NCBI GenBank assembly: GCA_041665485.1 | Contig: JBAYIT010000001.1 | Location: 73,884 to 137,883, forward strand | Source: Candidatus Shapirobacteria bacterium | GTDB lineage: Bacteria; Patescibacteriota; Microgenomatia; UBA12405 | Reading direction: 5' to 3' | Length of the DNA: 64,000 nucleotides | Shown: one piece after another, positions 18,877 through 28,362 of the stretch | Numbering within the stretch: position 1 is the first letter of the stretch | Layout: each line of letters begins with the position of its first letter | Position numbers and translations under genes: made by a program | The notes under the pieces: generated by a model | Told to the model about the DNA's origin: nothing | The model's database searches: none | Seen by the model: only the letters and a program-made list of their open reading frames with translations

Positions 18877-19218
18877 ATGAAGAAATTTTTGAAAGGATTT
18901 GAATATGCAGGGAAAGGAGTAATGGAGGGATTTGGAGGGAGAAATATGAAGATTCACGGAATAATCGGAGTATCGGTGATATTGGTTGGATTAGCGATGG
19001 GGCTGGAGAGGTGGGAGTGGGTGGCAGTATTTTTGGCGATTGGATTGGTGATGGGGGCAGAGCTCTTTAACAGCAGTATTGAGGAATTAGCCAACGTGGT
19101 GAGAGACGAAAACAAATTGGCTTACGAGGCAACCAGAAAAGTCCGAGATTTGGCGGCGGGGGCAGTGCTGGTGGCGGCAATTATGGCGGGTATTGTGGGT
19201 ATAGTAGTCCTTCTTTAA
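18877..19218 (+). CDS. diacylglycerol/undecaprenol kinase (DgkA family)
   Basis: ELFNSSIE, DLAAGAVL. Confidence 0.88.
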   Translation: MKKFLKGFEYAGKGVMEGFGGRNMKIHGIIGVSVILVGLAMGLERWEWVAVFLAIGLVMGAELFNSSIEELANVVRDENKLAYEATRKVRDLAAGAVLVAAIMAGIVGIVVLL

Positions 19219-19280
19219 ACAACTTGTTGACAACTAAAGGCGCGTGTTTATAATTAATCTATTACAGCTGTAGTAGATAT

Positions 19281-20297
19281 ATGACACTATCAATCTGGAA
19301 AATAAAAGAAGAAAAATTTCCTCAAAAAGGAAAGTTGGAGGCCAAGATAAAATTTTTGTTAAATTACGCTATTTTGGCACCGTCGGGGCATAATTCCCAA
19401 CCATGGAAATTCAAAATTGAGGATAATACCCTATCGGTTTACGCCGATTTAACCAGAGAAAGGAAAGGAGTTGACCCGAATAATCGCGAACTTTATATAA
19501 GTGTGGGGTGCGCTATTGCCAATATTGAGGTGGCAGCTAAGCATTTTGGGCTAATATGGGAAGAAGAGTGGTGGCCAAAAGCGGTGGAACCAACACTAGT
19601 GGTTGTTTATAAATTTGTTGAGGGAAAAAAAGTTTGGGGCCAGAAAAAAGAACTTTTAAAAGCCATAAGTCAGCGGTCAACTTTTAGAGAAAAATTTGAG
19701 CCAAAAAAGTTAAAAGTTTCAGACAAGCAAAAATTAATGAAATCTGGCCGTGGCGATGGAGCGGAAATAGTTTGGACGAACAATAGTAATAAAGAAAAAT
19801 TGGCGGATTTGATTGAACGAGCCCAAAAAATATGGTTCAGAAGCCGAAAACTAACAGAGGAATTAGAACTTTGGATCAGAAAAGATTTACACGGATTAGG
19901 AGCGGATAAAAAGAAACGAGATATTATAAACCTAAGTAATTTTTCCAATGGATTGAAAGATTTTTTAAGTCATGATTTTGCTGATATAGACAGGAGGGCG
20001 GGGAGAGATAAACAGTGGGCACTGGAAGCCCCAGTATTGGGAGTATTGGTGACAACTAAAGATCACAGAAGGGCGTGGGTGGAGGCGGGAGTGCTGTACC
20101 AAAAAGTAGCATTAGAGGCTGTTGGGCTGGGAATTCAAATTGGGTTTTTCAACTCGGTGGCCGAATTGCCAAAAAAGAGGGCGGAATTGGCACTACTTCT
20201 GAAGAAAAACTGGTGGCCGCAGTTGGTGCTCCGCGCCGGTTATGCAAAGTCGGCTCCCCATAGTCCGAGGAGGGTGGTGGAGGAGGTGTTGGTGTAG
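19281..20297 (+). CDS. Acg-family FMN-binding nitroreductase-like protein
   Basis: LAPSGHNSQPW, DP..RE..IS.G, W.EAG, R.GY, SPRR. Confidence 0.85.
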   Translation: MTLSIWKIKEEKFPQKGKLEAKIKFLLNYAILAPSGHNSQPWKFKIEDNTLSVYADLTRERKGVDPNNRELYISVGCAIANIEVAAKHFGLIWEEEWWPKAVEPTLVVVYKFVEGKKVWGQKKELLKAISQRSTFREKFEPKKLKVSDKQKLMKSGRGDGAEIVWTNNSNKEKLADLIERAQKIWFRSRKLTEELELWIRKDLHGLGADKKKRDIINLSNFSNGLKDFLSHDFADIDRRAGRDKQWALEAPVLGVLVTTKDHRRAWVEAGVLYQKVALEAVGLGIQIGFFNSVAELPKKRAELALLLKKNWWPQLVLRAGYAKSAPHSPRRVVEEVLV

Positions 20298-20309
20298 TAG
20301 ACTAATGTA

Positions 20310-20957
20310 ATGTTGTATGTATTGCTTCTTGTTGTTTGTGGGTGGTTCATCTGGAGAAATAGAAGGACGAAATTTACAAGGCTTGTCTTACTTATCTGGT
20401 TATTACTTTGGATATTATTCTTCAGCTTTTTGTTTTTATTTAAAAAAAATATCTTAATGAGGTGGCAACCTGACCGTAAGTGTGAGCCTACACCAGTACC
20501 CGGGGCGTTGATAATTGAGTTTTATGACAATACTAGTTACGAAGAAGTGAAAAGTTTATTGCAATCATTCGAAATTTCTACAAAAGATATTGAAAGGGAA
20601 ACATTTATGAATGTGACAGTTAAGGCAAATTTTGTCAGCGAAACTAATATAGGAACAGATTTTGAAAGGGTAGTGAGTGAAATAGAAAGAGACGAAAGGG
20701 TGGAGAGAACAATCGGGAATGCTTCTATTTCAAATGAACTAACAGTAGTTTTTAAACCTCAGGCTAAGGTAACCAGACGTGAGACTGATTTGTTTTTGGA
20801 AAGCTTGGGTTTTAAGGTGATTGATTTTATGCGTGATAATTTTGCAGGAATCAATGTTCCCATCGGGAAAGAGGAGCAGTTTACGAACACTTTTAGAGCT
20901 AATAGCATGGTCAAGTCAGTCTCGAATGATATGTATTTATGTTTAGATTTTAATTAG
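20310..20957 (+). CDS. hypothetical membrane-anchored protein
   Basis: N-terminal TM segments plus a soluble alpha/beta domain. Confidence 0.6.
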   Translation: MLYVLLLVVCGWFIWRNRRTKFTRLVLLIWLLLWILFFSFLFLFKKNILMRWQPDRKCEPTPVPGALIIEFYDNTSYEEVKSLLQSFEISTKDIERETFMNVTVKANFVSETNIGTDFERVVSEIERDERVERTIGNASISNELTVVFKPQAKVTRRETDLFLESLGFKVIDFMRDNFAGINVPIGKEEQFTNTFRANSMVKSVSNDMYLCLDFN

Positions 20958-20980
20958 CAGTCGTTGACAGAGAGTGCTAA
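20954..20980 (+). promoter_or_regulatory. CIRCE element (HrcA operator) upstream of clpB
   Basis: TTAGCAGTC-N9-GAGTGCTAA, one mismatch to the consensus. Confidence 0.9.
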
Positions 20981-20998
20981 GTTGGTTAAAATAGTGGC

Positions 20999-23476
20999 AT
21001 GAACCAGCCACAATTTAGCCAACTAACACAGGAGACATTAGTAAGGGCGATGGAAAAAGCCCGAGAGTTAAAAAACTCGAATGTTGAGGAAATTCATCTA
21101 GTATGGGCACTAAAAAATGCCGAAGGAGTGGGGCAGGAATTGTTGAAAGAAATTGATGGAGAGAAGGTTGAAGAAAAATTAAAATCTCTGCCAGTGGTTG
21201 AGAACCAAGTTGAACCACAGATGTCCCCTGCCCTACAAAAAATAATCGGAGTGGCGGTGAGAAAATCTCAAGAACTGGGTGATAATTATGTGCCACAGGA
21301 AATGCTGGTGTGGGGACTAGTGGAAAGCGGAGGCGAGAGTCTTGACAAAGAAAAAGTCAAGAATGCAATAATGGATATGAGAGGAGGCAAAAAAATGGAA
21401 AGCGAAAATGGCGAGTCAAGCTATAAAGCACTGGAAAAATATACGACTGATTTAACGGCCTTGGCCAAAAGTGGCAAAGTGGACCCGGTAGTGGGAAGAG
21501 AAGAGGAGATTAGAAGGGTAACCCAAGTTTTATCGAGGCGAACAAAAAACAACCCGGTGTTGGTGGGCGAGCCGGGGGTGGGAAAAACAGCGATTGTAGA
21601 AGGACTAGCTTACCGAATAATTAATGGCGACGTGCCGGAATCGCTAAAAAATAAAAAGATAGTGGCGCTGGAAATGTCGTCCTTGCTAGCCGGGGCCAAA
21701 TACCGGGGGGAGTTTGAAGAAAGATTGAAAAATGTAATCAATGAAGTGGTTAAAGCCGAGGGTAAAGTGATTTTGTTTATCGATGAATTGCACACTCTAG
21801 TGGGGGCAGGGGGAGCAGAGGGGGCGGTGGATGCGGCCAACATGCTAAAGCCGGGCCTGGCCCGGGGAACATTGCGAGTGATTGGAGCAACAACATTAAA
21901 TGAATATCGGAAATATATTGAAAAAGATGCGGCGTTGGAGAGAAGATTTCAACCGGTGTTAGTAGGCGAGCCGACAGTGGAGGACACGATTTCAATTTTA
22001 CGAGGGATTAAGGAAAAATACGAAGTTCATCATGGAATAAAAATTACCGATAGTGCCCTGGTGGCGGCAGCTAAATTGTCGGAGAGATACATTCGGGATA
22101 GATTTTTACCAGATAAAGCAATTGATTTGGTAGATGAGGCGGCCTCGGGATTAAGGATTCAAATGGAGAGTAGCCCGACAGAAATTGATGGCCTAGAAAG
22201 GCTGGCCAGACAGCTGGAAATTGAGGAAAAGGCGATAAGCAAGGAAAAGAGTGACGAATCAAAAAAAAGATTAGAGGAAATTAGAAAAGAACTAGGAGAA
22301 AAACGAGAAGAGCTAAATAAATTAATGACAAGATGGAAAGAGCAAAAAGAAAAATTAACACTAGTGAAGGAAAGCCGGGAAAAACTTGATCAACTAAGGG
22401 GAAAATTAGAAGAGGCGGAGAGAAATTTAGAGCTTGATAAGGCAGCGGAAATTAAATATGGGGAAATTCCGGCGGTAGAAAAAAAATTAAAGGAGGCGGA
22501 GGAAGGGTGGAAACAGATCAAAGAAAGTGAGCGGTTAATTAAACAGGAGGTGGGGGAGGAAGAAATAGCCAAAGTGGTGGGAAGATGGACAGGAATTCCA
22601 GCATCGAGAATGATGGAGACAGAAAATCAAAAACTTAGAAACCTAGAAACAGAGATGGAAAAACGGGTGGTGGGGCAAGAAGAGGCAGTTAAGGCGGTGG
22701 CCAACGCAGTGCGAAGGTCGAGATTACATCTTGGGGAAAGCAATAAGCCGGCGACTTTTTTGTTTTTAGGGCCAACCGGAGTGGGAAAGACGGAAACTGC
22801 CAAAGCGCTGGCAGAAGAGTTGTTTAACGACGAAAAAGCCTTAATTAGGGTGGATATGAGTGAATATGGCGAGCAACACAGCCTAGCAAGAATGATCGGG
22901 TCGCCCCCGGGGTATGTTGGTTATGATGAGGGCGGGCAATTAACCGAGGCAGTAAGGCGAAAACCATATAGTGTAATACTGCTTGATGAAATTGAAAAAG
23001 CGCATCCGCTGGTTTTTAATATATTTTTACAGGTATTTGATGACGGACGATTAACCGATGGTAAGGGAAAAACGGTCGATTTTTCCAACTGTGTCATTAT
23101 AATGACCTCAAACTTAGCCGAAGACGAGGTGGATAAGGTGTTGCGACCGGAATTTATTAACCGGATTGACAGAATAATTGTCTTTAACAGTTTGAGTGAA
23201 AAAGATTTGGTGAAAATTGTGGAGATTCAAATAAAAAGACTAATGGAAAGACTAAAGGAGCAGGGAGTGGTGCTAACAATAACTGATGAAGTAAAAAAAT
23301 ATTTAGCAAAAAATGGATTTGACAAGGTGTTTGGAGCCAGACCATTAAAACGATTGATTGAAATGGAAATTACCGATAAAGTGGCAATGCTATTGTTGGA
23401 CAAGGAAGAGAGTGAAATTAGTGGCATGGTGGCGGAGATTAAAAACGGGAAAATTGTGGTGGAGTTGGGGGATTGA
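20999..23476 (+). CDS. clpB: ATP-dependent chaperone ClpB
   Basis: two AAA+ modules ([16 protein letters not shown]), coiled-coil middle domain, GARPL. Confidence 0.93.
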   Translation: MNQPQFSQLTQETLVRAMEKARELKNSNVEEIHLVWALKNAEGVGQELLKEIDGEKVEEKLKSLPVVENQVEPQMSPALQKIIGVAVRKSQELGDNYVPQEMLVWGLVESGGESLDKEKVKNAIMDMRGGKKMESENGESSYKALEKYTTDLTALAKSGKVDPVVGREEEIRRVTQVLSRRTKNNPVLVGEPGVGKTAIVEGLAYRIINGDVPESLKNKKIVALEMSSLLAGAKYRGEFEERLKNVINEVVKAEGKVILFIDELHTLVGAGGAEGAVDAANMLKPGLARGTLRVIGATTLNEYRKYIEKDAALERRFQPVLVGEPTVEDTISILRGIKEKYEVHHGIKITDSALVAAAKLSERYIRDRFLPDKAIDLVDEAASGLRIQMESSPTEIDGLERLARQLEIEEKAISKEKSDESKKRLEEIRKELGEKREELNKLMTRWKEQKEKLTLVKESREKLDQLRGKLEEAERNLELDKAAEIKYGEIPAVEKKLKEAEEGWKQIKESERLIKQEVGEEEIAKVVGRWTGIPASRMMETENQKLRNLETEMEKRVVGQEEAVKAVANAVRRSRLHLGESNKPATFLFLGPTGVGKTETAKALAEELFNDEKALIRVDMSEYGEQHSLARMIGSPPGYVGYDEGGQLTEAVRRKPYSVILLDEIEKAHPLVFNIFLQVFDDGRLTDGKGKTVDFSNCVIIMTSNLAEDEVDKVLRPEFINRIDRIIVFNSLSEKDLVKIVEIQIKRLMERLKEQGVVLTITDEVKKYLAKNGFDKVFGARPLKRLIEMEITDKVAMLLLDKEESEISGMVAEIKNGKIVVELGD

Positions 23477-23478
23477 TT

Positions 23479-23513
23479 CAGTTAACAGTTACGAGTTATC
23501 GGTTACGAGTTGA
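23479..23513 (+). repeat. degenerate 7-nt tandem repeat (intergenic)
   Basis: cagttaa cagttac gagttat cggttac gagttga. Confidence 0.65.
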
Positions 23514-23544
23514 TCTAGTTTGCGATAAAATAGCGAGTAGTTTA

Positions 23545-23601
23545 GTCTCCGTAGTTCAATGGACCCGCCTACGTTGAAACTTCGGCGGGCAAGTAGAATA
23601 G
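23545..23601 (+). pseudogene. tRNA-Arg 5' fragment interrupted by the palindromic element (copy 2, 23564-23593)
   Basis: gtctccgtagttcaatgga[cccgcctacgttgaaacttcggcgggcaag]tagaatag versus intact gtccccgtagttcaattggatagaatag. Confidence 0.75.
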
Positions 23602-23633
23602 ACTACAGAGGCAGAAGCTAACTTGGACAAGTT

Positions 23634-23706
23634 GTCCCCGTAGTTCAATTGGATAGAATAGTGGCCTCCGAAGCCATTGATTCGGGTTCAACTCCCGACG
23701 GGGATA
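23634..23706 (+). tRNA. tRNA-Arg(CCG)
   Basis: gtccccg/cggggat, gtggc-ctCCGaa-gccat, GGTTCAACTCC. Confidence 0.9.
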
Positions 23707-23709
23707 CTG

Positions 23710-24912
23710 ATGAAAAAATTATTGTTGATGTGGTTTCCGGGGGCAGAAAGAGAACAGGTGAGGTGGTATTATCTGACCTCAATTTTGTTGGATGTTTGGT
23801 TTGTAGAGGCAATTTGGTATTTTTATTGGGGAAAATTTGGCAGTTATCAGAGTGTGGGCTTGGTTTTTTCGGTATTGACGGCAATTTGGGTGATATTAGA
23901 AATTCCAACTGGATTATTTGCTGACAGATTTGGAAGGAGAAAGTCGACAGTTCTGGGGGCGGGTATTATGGCAGTCGGAGCGGTGGTGGTGGCTGGTGCT
24001 CAGAATATGGCTTGGTTGGCGGTTGGTGGCCTAATGGAAAACGTGGGTAGAGCCTTTATCTCTGGGGCGATTGACGCCTTGGTCTACGAAGATATAAAGG
24101 CGGGGGGCGGAGATTATGACAAACTCTATGGCAAAGTTGCAGCAGCAAAGGTAAGGGGACAAATAGCAATATATAGCTTATCGGTAGTGACTGGTGGATT
24201 TTTGTTTTCGGTTTATTTTAGATTGGCTCATATCTTGCAGGCAATTGTAATTGCGGCAGCCTTCTTGGCCAGCCGGCAACTGAAAGAAGTGGAAACCAAA
24301 TTAAGCTCGGGAGAGAGGATAGATTATGTAGCTGGGTTTAAACAATTGGCAACTAAAAAAATGAGGGGGTATCTCTTACCATTATTGGGGACAGCGATTT
24401 TGGTGTATTTCTACGATTGGGGGTTATCAAAACCGAATATTGCCCTGAAGTTTGGGTATGGTTACGAGGCCCAGGGTGTAATTTTTGGAATGATGGCAGT
24501 AATTAATGTGATCTTGCTAGGGCAGTTTGGTCGATGGCGAGAAAAGGTTGGTGATTATTGGAACACATACATGACAAATTTTCTTGTTGCCGGTTGTCTG
24601 GTGATGGTGGGGGTAGTAACTGGATATATCGGAATAATTCTGGTTTTATTAATGGAGTTGGCGACTGCTTGGGGAGCAACTATCCAAACAACTGTTATTA
24701 ATAGGCACATTGATTCTAAATATCGGGCAACAACTCTTTCGACATTAGAGTTTGTAACAAAAATTCCTTTTATCTTAACAACGACGATGGTGGGGAGGCT
24801 TATCGATACGGGGAAAATTGACTATTTTCATTTAGCAATTGGTGGAATGGGGTTGGCGGTGGGGTTAATATCACTTATTATTTACAAATCAAATGAGCCG
24901 AACAAAATTTGA
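23710..24912 (+). CDS. MFS transporter
   Basis: EIPTG.FADRFGRR, about 12 TM, RATTLS; start at ATG after the tRNA. Confidence 0.88.
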   Translation: MKKLLLMWFPGAEREQVRWYYLTSILLDVWFVEAIWYFYWGKFGSYQSVGLVFSVLTAIWVILEIPTGLFADRFGRRKSTVLGAGIMAVGAVVVAGAQNMAWLAVGGLMENVGRAFISGAIDALVYEDIKAGGGDYDKLYGKVAAAKVRGQIAIYSLSVVTGGFLFSVYFRLAHILQAIVIAAAFLASRQLKEVETKLSSGERIDYVAGFKQLATKKMRGYLLPLLGTAILVYFYDWGLSKPNIALKFGYGYEAQGVIFGMMAVINVILLGQFGRWREKVGDYWNTYMTNFLVAGCLVMVGVVTGYIGIILVLLMELATAWGATIQTTVINRHIDSKYRATTLSTLEFVTKIPFILTTTMVGRLIDTGKIDYFHLAIGGMGLAVGLISLIIYKSNEPNKI

Positions 24913-25351
24913 TGAGGTACTAAAAAATTTGGGGGTAAAATCGGAAATTGTGAGATTTGAGAAGTTGACGCGGACGGCGGTGGAGGCGGCGGAGGCTTTG
25001 GGATGCGAAGTGGCCCAAATTGCTAAATCATTGATTTTTAAGACAAAGGGAAGTGATACTCCCCTGCTTATCATTACCTCTGGGGTAAATAGGGTGGACG
25101 AAAAGGTAATTGCCGGCTTGGGATATGAAATTGAGAAAGCAGATGCCGATTTTGTGTACGAAAAAACGGGGTATGTAATTGGCGGAGTGCCGCCATTTGG
25201 ATTCAAAAGCCCCATAAAAACATTATTTGATAAGGACTTGCTGAAATTTGATGAAGTCTGGGCGGCGGCGGGAGAAAATAACGCGGTGTTTAAAATTGGG
25301 ACAGAAGAACTTATAAAAGTAACCCAAGCAGAGGTGAGTGCGATACAATAA
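24893..25351 (+). CDS. YbaK/EbsC aminoacyl-tRNA deacylase family
   Basis: IAKSLIF, TGY.IGGVPPFG, WAAAG. Confidence 0.9.
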   Translation: MSRTKFDEVLKNLGVKSEIVRFEKLTRTAVEAAEALGCEVAQIAKSLIFKTKGSDTPLLIITSGVNRVDEKVIAGLGYEIEKADADFVYEKTGYVIGGVPPFGFKSPIKTLFDKDLLKFDEVWAAAGENNAVFKIGTEELIKVTQAEVSAIQ

Positions 25352-25354
25352 GCA

Positions 25355-25825
25355 ATGGATTATGATGAGAGATCTGCCGGCGGGATCGTTTTTAAAAAGA
25401 GTGATGGACAAATAAAATGGCTTTTAATTAAGACGGCAAATTTTAGACGTGGCAACGACCGAAACTATCAGCCACAGAAAAAGGCGGTGTTTAAGTTTCC
25501 CAAGGGCCACCTACAAAAAGATGAGTTTTTAAAAGAAGCAGCACTAAGAGAGGTGGAGGAAGAGGGGCGAGTGAAAACTAGAATTGTGGCCAAAATCGGG
25601 TCTAATAATTACTTTATTTCCGACAAGCTGACCAAAAAGAAAATAGTTAAAAAAGTGACGTTCTTTTTGATGGAATATGTGGGAGACAGTGAACTTCGCC
25701 ATTTCGATAAGGAAATGGTGATTGACCGGCAATGGCTTGACTATGAAACGGCCTTGGAATTATTGGCATATGATTCGGAAAAAACACTTCTTCGCAAAAC
25801 CAGGCAAAAGCTGGAATCCTTATGA
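25355..25825 (+). CDS. NUDIX hydrolase
   Basis: SAGGIV, FPKGH...E....AALREVEEEG. Confidence 0.9.
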   Translation: MDYDERSAGGIVFKKSDGQIKWLLIKTANFRRGNDRNYQPQKKAVFKFPKGHLQKDEFLKEAALREVEEEGRVKTRIVAKIGSNNYFISDKLTKKKIVKKVTFFLMEYVGDSELRHFDKEMVIDRQWLDYETALELLAYDSEKTLLRKTRQKLESL

Positions 25826-25968
25826 AAATAATAAAAAATAAGGCAAGATCCCCGAGAGAGGGTGTTTTGTCTTTAGCAGGTAGGTTCAAGGTTAAGAATC
25901 CGCTACGAGCCGAAGAAATCAGAAGTCAAGTTGATTGTCTTTGGTTTGAAAAATACAAGACTAATTAG
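25822..25968 (+). CDS. 48-aa small protein, antitoxin-tail-like (not in ORF track)
   Basis: ATGA overlap with the NUDIX stop; MKIIKNKARSPREGVLSLAGRFKVKNPLRAEEIR... Confidence 0.35.
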   Translation: MKIIKNKARSPREGVLSLAGRFKVKNPLRAEEIRSQVDCLWFEKYKTN

Positions 25969-26000
25969 CCTAAAGATTTGATAAAATAGGCTACATCTTT

Positions 26001-26060
26001 GGAGAAGTCGCACCCGCCTTCGCCAATGGCTTCGGCCGGGCGCAGTAGTGATTCATTGCA
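26001..26060 (+). pseudogene. tRNA-Ser 5' fragment interrupted by the palindromic element (copy 3, 26013-26045)
   Basis: ggagaagtcgca[cccgccttcgccaatggcttcggccgggcgcag]tagtgattcattgca versus intact ggagaagtcgcatagtggttcattgca. Confidence 0.78.
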
Positions 26061-26077
26061 AGATGGTTTAACAATTT

Positions 26078-26165
26078 GGAGAAGTCGCATAGTGGTTCAT
26101 TGCACAGACCTGGAAAGTCTGCGTCCCACAAGGACTCGCGAGTTCGAATCTCGCCTTCTCCGCCA
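26078..26165 (+). tRNA. tRNA-Ser(GGA)
   Basis: ggagaag/cttctcc, cagac-ctGGAaa-gtctg, variable arm, GTTCGAATC, CCA. Confidence 0.93.
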
Positions 26166-26169
26166 AATT

Positions 26170-27012
26170 ATGTCAAATTCTCAAGGAATTGATTTTTGTT
26201 TATCTCTAAAATTCGGTATGTCATTGAGCATTGTTGCTCGTAAACTTGATCATTTACATGCTGATATAGAATCCTCCTTGATGATGCATAACTTATACGA
26301 GTCATTTAATCCAGAAAACAACAAAACCTACTTTGATGGAAACAAAGAAAGATTAACACAGAGACTACACGATCAGATAACAGACATAAATAGTTTGATT
26401 CGTTTTAATAACAAGTTTATTGCGTTCATTCCGCTAAAACAAAGAATCGTCGTATTGAGTTGGAAGACATTTAGAGAAGTAATAAATGAAAGATTCGAGA
26501 ACAAACTAAGAGATCAAAAGTCTCAAGAATTAGCAAATGAAAATTTAAGATTAAAACTTCAACAACTAGTACAGTTTACACAGAAATCTGTCACAGATTT
26601 TATATCGCATTTAGATGAAGAGAAAAGATTCGAAAAAATTAAATCAATAGGCAAGAAATATGTTAACGGAGTTGATGAATCAATTGATCTATTTTCTTGT
26701 GGATTTTACAATATTTCAATTTTTATAATGGGAAAGACAATTGAATCTGTGATAAATGATCTGCTAAAAAAACTAATAAAAACAAGGAAGATTGAAAATC
26801 TCAATTTAGACGAAGTGAAATATAAAGACAAAATAGGAATATTAAAAGGTTCTAAGTTAATAAATGAAAAGCTATTTCTTGACCTGAATGTAGTCAGGAT
26901 TGACCGCAATTATATTGGTCATCCGTCTCGTAAAAACTTCTCGAGGAATGAGAATAAAATAGCAATAAGCAAAGGATTGTTATTGATAAATGAATTGCAA
27001 AAGAAATTATAA
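26170..27012 (+). CDS. AT-rich protein with C-terminal DUF4145/HEPN-like domain
   Basis: G.Y..S....GK.IE helix and RNYIGH (Rx4H); start at ATG right after the tRNA. Confidence 0.6.
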   Translation: MSNSQGIDFCLSLKFGMSLSIVARKLDHLHADIESSLMMHNLYESFNPENNKTYFDGNKERLTQRLHDQITDINSLIRFNNKFIAFIPLKQRIVVLSWKTFREVINERFENKLRDQKSQELANENLRLKLQQLVQFTQKSVTDFISHLDEEKRFEKIKSIGKKYVNGVDESIDLFSCGFYNISIFIMGKTIESVINDLLKKLIKTRKIENLNLDEVKYKDKIGILKGSKLINEKLFLDLNVVRIDRNYIGHPSRKNFSRNENKIAISKGLLLINELQKKL

Positions 27013-27054
27013 GGACAGAAAAGTTCCAGACTCATCTGTTCCGCTAAATAAATA
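27007..27054 (+). repeat. about 48-bp dispersed repeat, copy 2 (att-like)
   Basis: matches 14279-14326 at 24 of the first 25 nt. Confidence 0.65.
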
Positions 27055-27096
27055 TTCAACTTAATTTTACGTATTTTTTTATTATTATAATTGTTT

Positions 27097-27438
27097 ATGG
27101 ACAATAAAGTTTCTGAATATATTGCAAAACAAAAATCGCCGCAGAGAGAAATCTTGATGAAAATAAGAGAATTAATTGCGAGATTGATTCCAGATGCGGA
27201 GGAAAAAATGAGTTATGGAGCCCCGGCTTTTAAATTAAGCGGAAAAACTATTTTATATGCGGCATTTAAAGAACATGTGGGAATTTATCCTGAACCGGAA
27301 ATAATTGAATACTTTAAGAAAGACTTGAAAAATTATAAAACTGCAAAAGGAACCATTAAATTTGATTTAGACAATCCAATTCCTTATGCTTTAATAGAAA
27401 AAATTATTAGTTATAAATACAAAAATGAAATATTGTAA
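27097..27438 (+). CDS. DUF1801/YdhG-family protein
   Basis: EKMSYG.P.F, YAAFK.HVG.YP, KGTIKF, P.P..LI. Confidence 0.85.
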   Translation: MDNKVSEYIAKQKSPQREILMKIRELIARLIPDAEEKMSYGAPAFKLSGKTILYAAFKEHVGIYPEPEIIEYFKKDLKNYKTAKGTIKFDLDNPIPYALIEKIISYKYKNEIL

Positions 27439-27733
27439 TGCTTGTGGAATGCCCCTTAATAAAAAGGAAGATTTTGCTAATGGTGATGAAAATTCTGATT
27501 TTTGTCTTTATTGTGTAAATGAGGATGGAAGTGTTAAACCCGTTGGAGAAATTTTTGAAGGCGGAGTTCAATTTTTTATGAGCCAATTTGGTGACGATAG
27601 AAATATGGCTGAAAAAATTACTCGAAAAAATATGAATCAACAACCATATTGGCAAGGAAAGGATTGTGGGTGTTTGAAAGGTGAAACGGCAACAGATGAA
27701 GAATTCGCAGAAATGATGAAAAAAGTGGCTTAA
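27425..27733 (+). CDS. zinc-ribbon domain protein
   Basis: CNACGMPL ... FCLYC. Confidence 0.75.
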   Translation: MKYCNACGMPLNKKEDFANGDENSDFCLYCVNEDGSVKPVGEIFEGGVQFFMSQFGDDRNMAEKITRKNMNQQPYWQGKDCGCLKGETATDEEFAEMMKKVA

Positions 27734-27835
27734 GAAAGAACAAAATAAGTTCTAACTGCGATAATGGTTCTATATCCAAGTATTTTGGGTTTTGAAAAAC
27801 ATAAGTTTGCCAACAAAGAGGGGGTATAATTGGCT

Positions 27836-28360
27836 ATGAAAAATGCTGTGATATTGCACGCGATGGATGACTCCCCTAACAACCATTGGTATCCGTGGTT
27901 AAAGACAGAATTAGAGAAAAAAGGATACGAAGTTTGGTTGCCACAATTACCGAATGATAAAGATCCACAATTAAACGTATGGGTGCCATTTATTTTGGAT
28001 GGGGGTAAGTTTACTGAAGAAACAGTGATTATTGGCCACTCGGCCGGAGCGGCGGTAATTTTTTCGGTCTTAGAAGAATTGAAAATTAAAATCAAACAAG
28101 CGATTCTGGTAGCTGGATTTTCATTTTACCCGGGTGGTGATGGAATTTTGAAACCAGCCTATGATTGGCGAAAAATAAAAAATAATGTTGGCGAGATTAT
28201 TTTTATTAACTCTGACAATGATCCGTATGGCCACAATGATGTTCGAGCCAGAATAATGCTGGAAATGCTGGATATGCCGGGAAGTGTTCAAATTACGGTA
28301 AAGGGACAAGGTCATTTTTGCGAAAATGAACTTCCATTATTGGCGAGACTGGTTGTATAG
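27836..28360 (+). CDS. RBBP9/YdeN alpha/beta hydrolase
   Basis: HWYPWL, GHSAG, SDNDPY, GHF. Confidence 0.88.
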   Translation: MKNAVILHAMDDSPNNHWYPWLKTELEKKGYEVWLPQLPNDKDPQLNVWVPFILDGGKFTEETVIIGHSAGAAVIFSVLEELKIKIKQAILVAGFSFYPGGDGILKPAYDWRKIKNNVGEIIFINSDNDPYGHNDVRARIMLEMLDMPGSVQITVKGQGHFCENELPLLARLVV

Positions 28361-28362
28361 AA

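Noticed and set aside
23545-23706. Intron-containing tRNA
   Set aside because: A complete uninterrupted tRNA follows; the insert is too short for a group I/II intron.
23645-23924. Short ORFs over tRNA-Arg(CCG)
   Set aside because: Shadows of the tRNA and the MFS gene.
23479-26165. CRISPR array
   Set aside because: Repeats are tRNA duplicates, isolated palindromes or heptamers without regular spacers; no cas genes.
25999-26169. N-terminal extension of the 337-aa ORF
   Set aside because: It runs through tRNA-Ser and its pseudo-copy; ATG 26170 is the plausible start.
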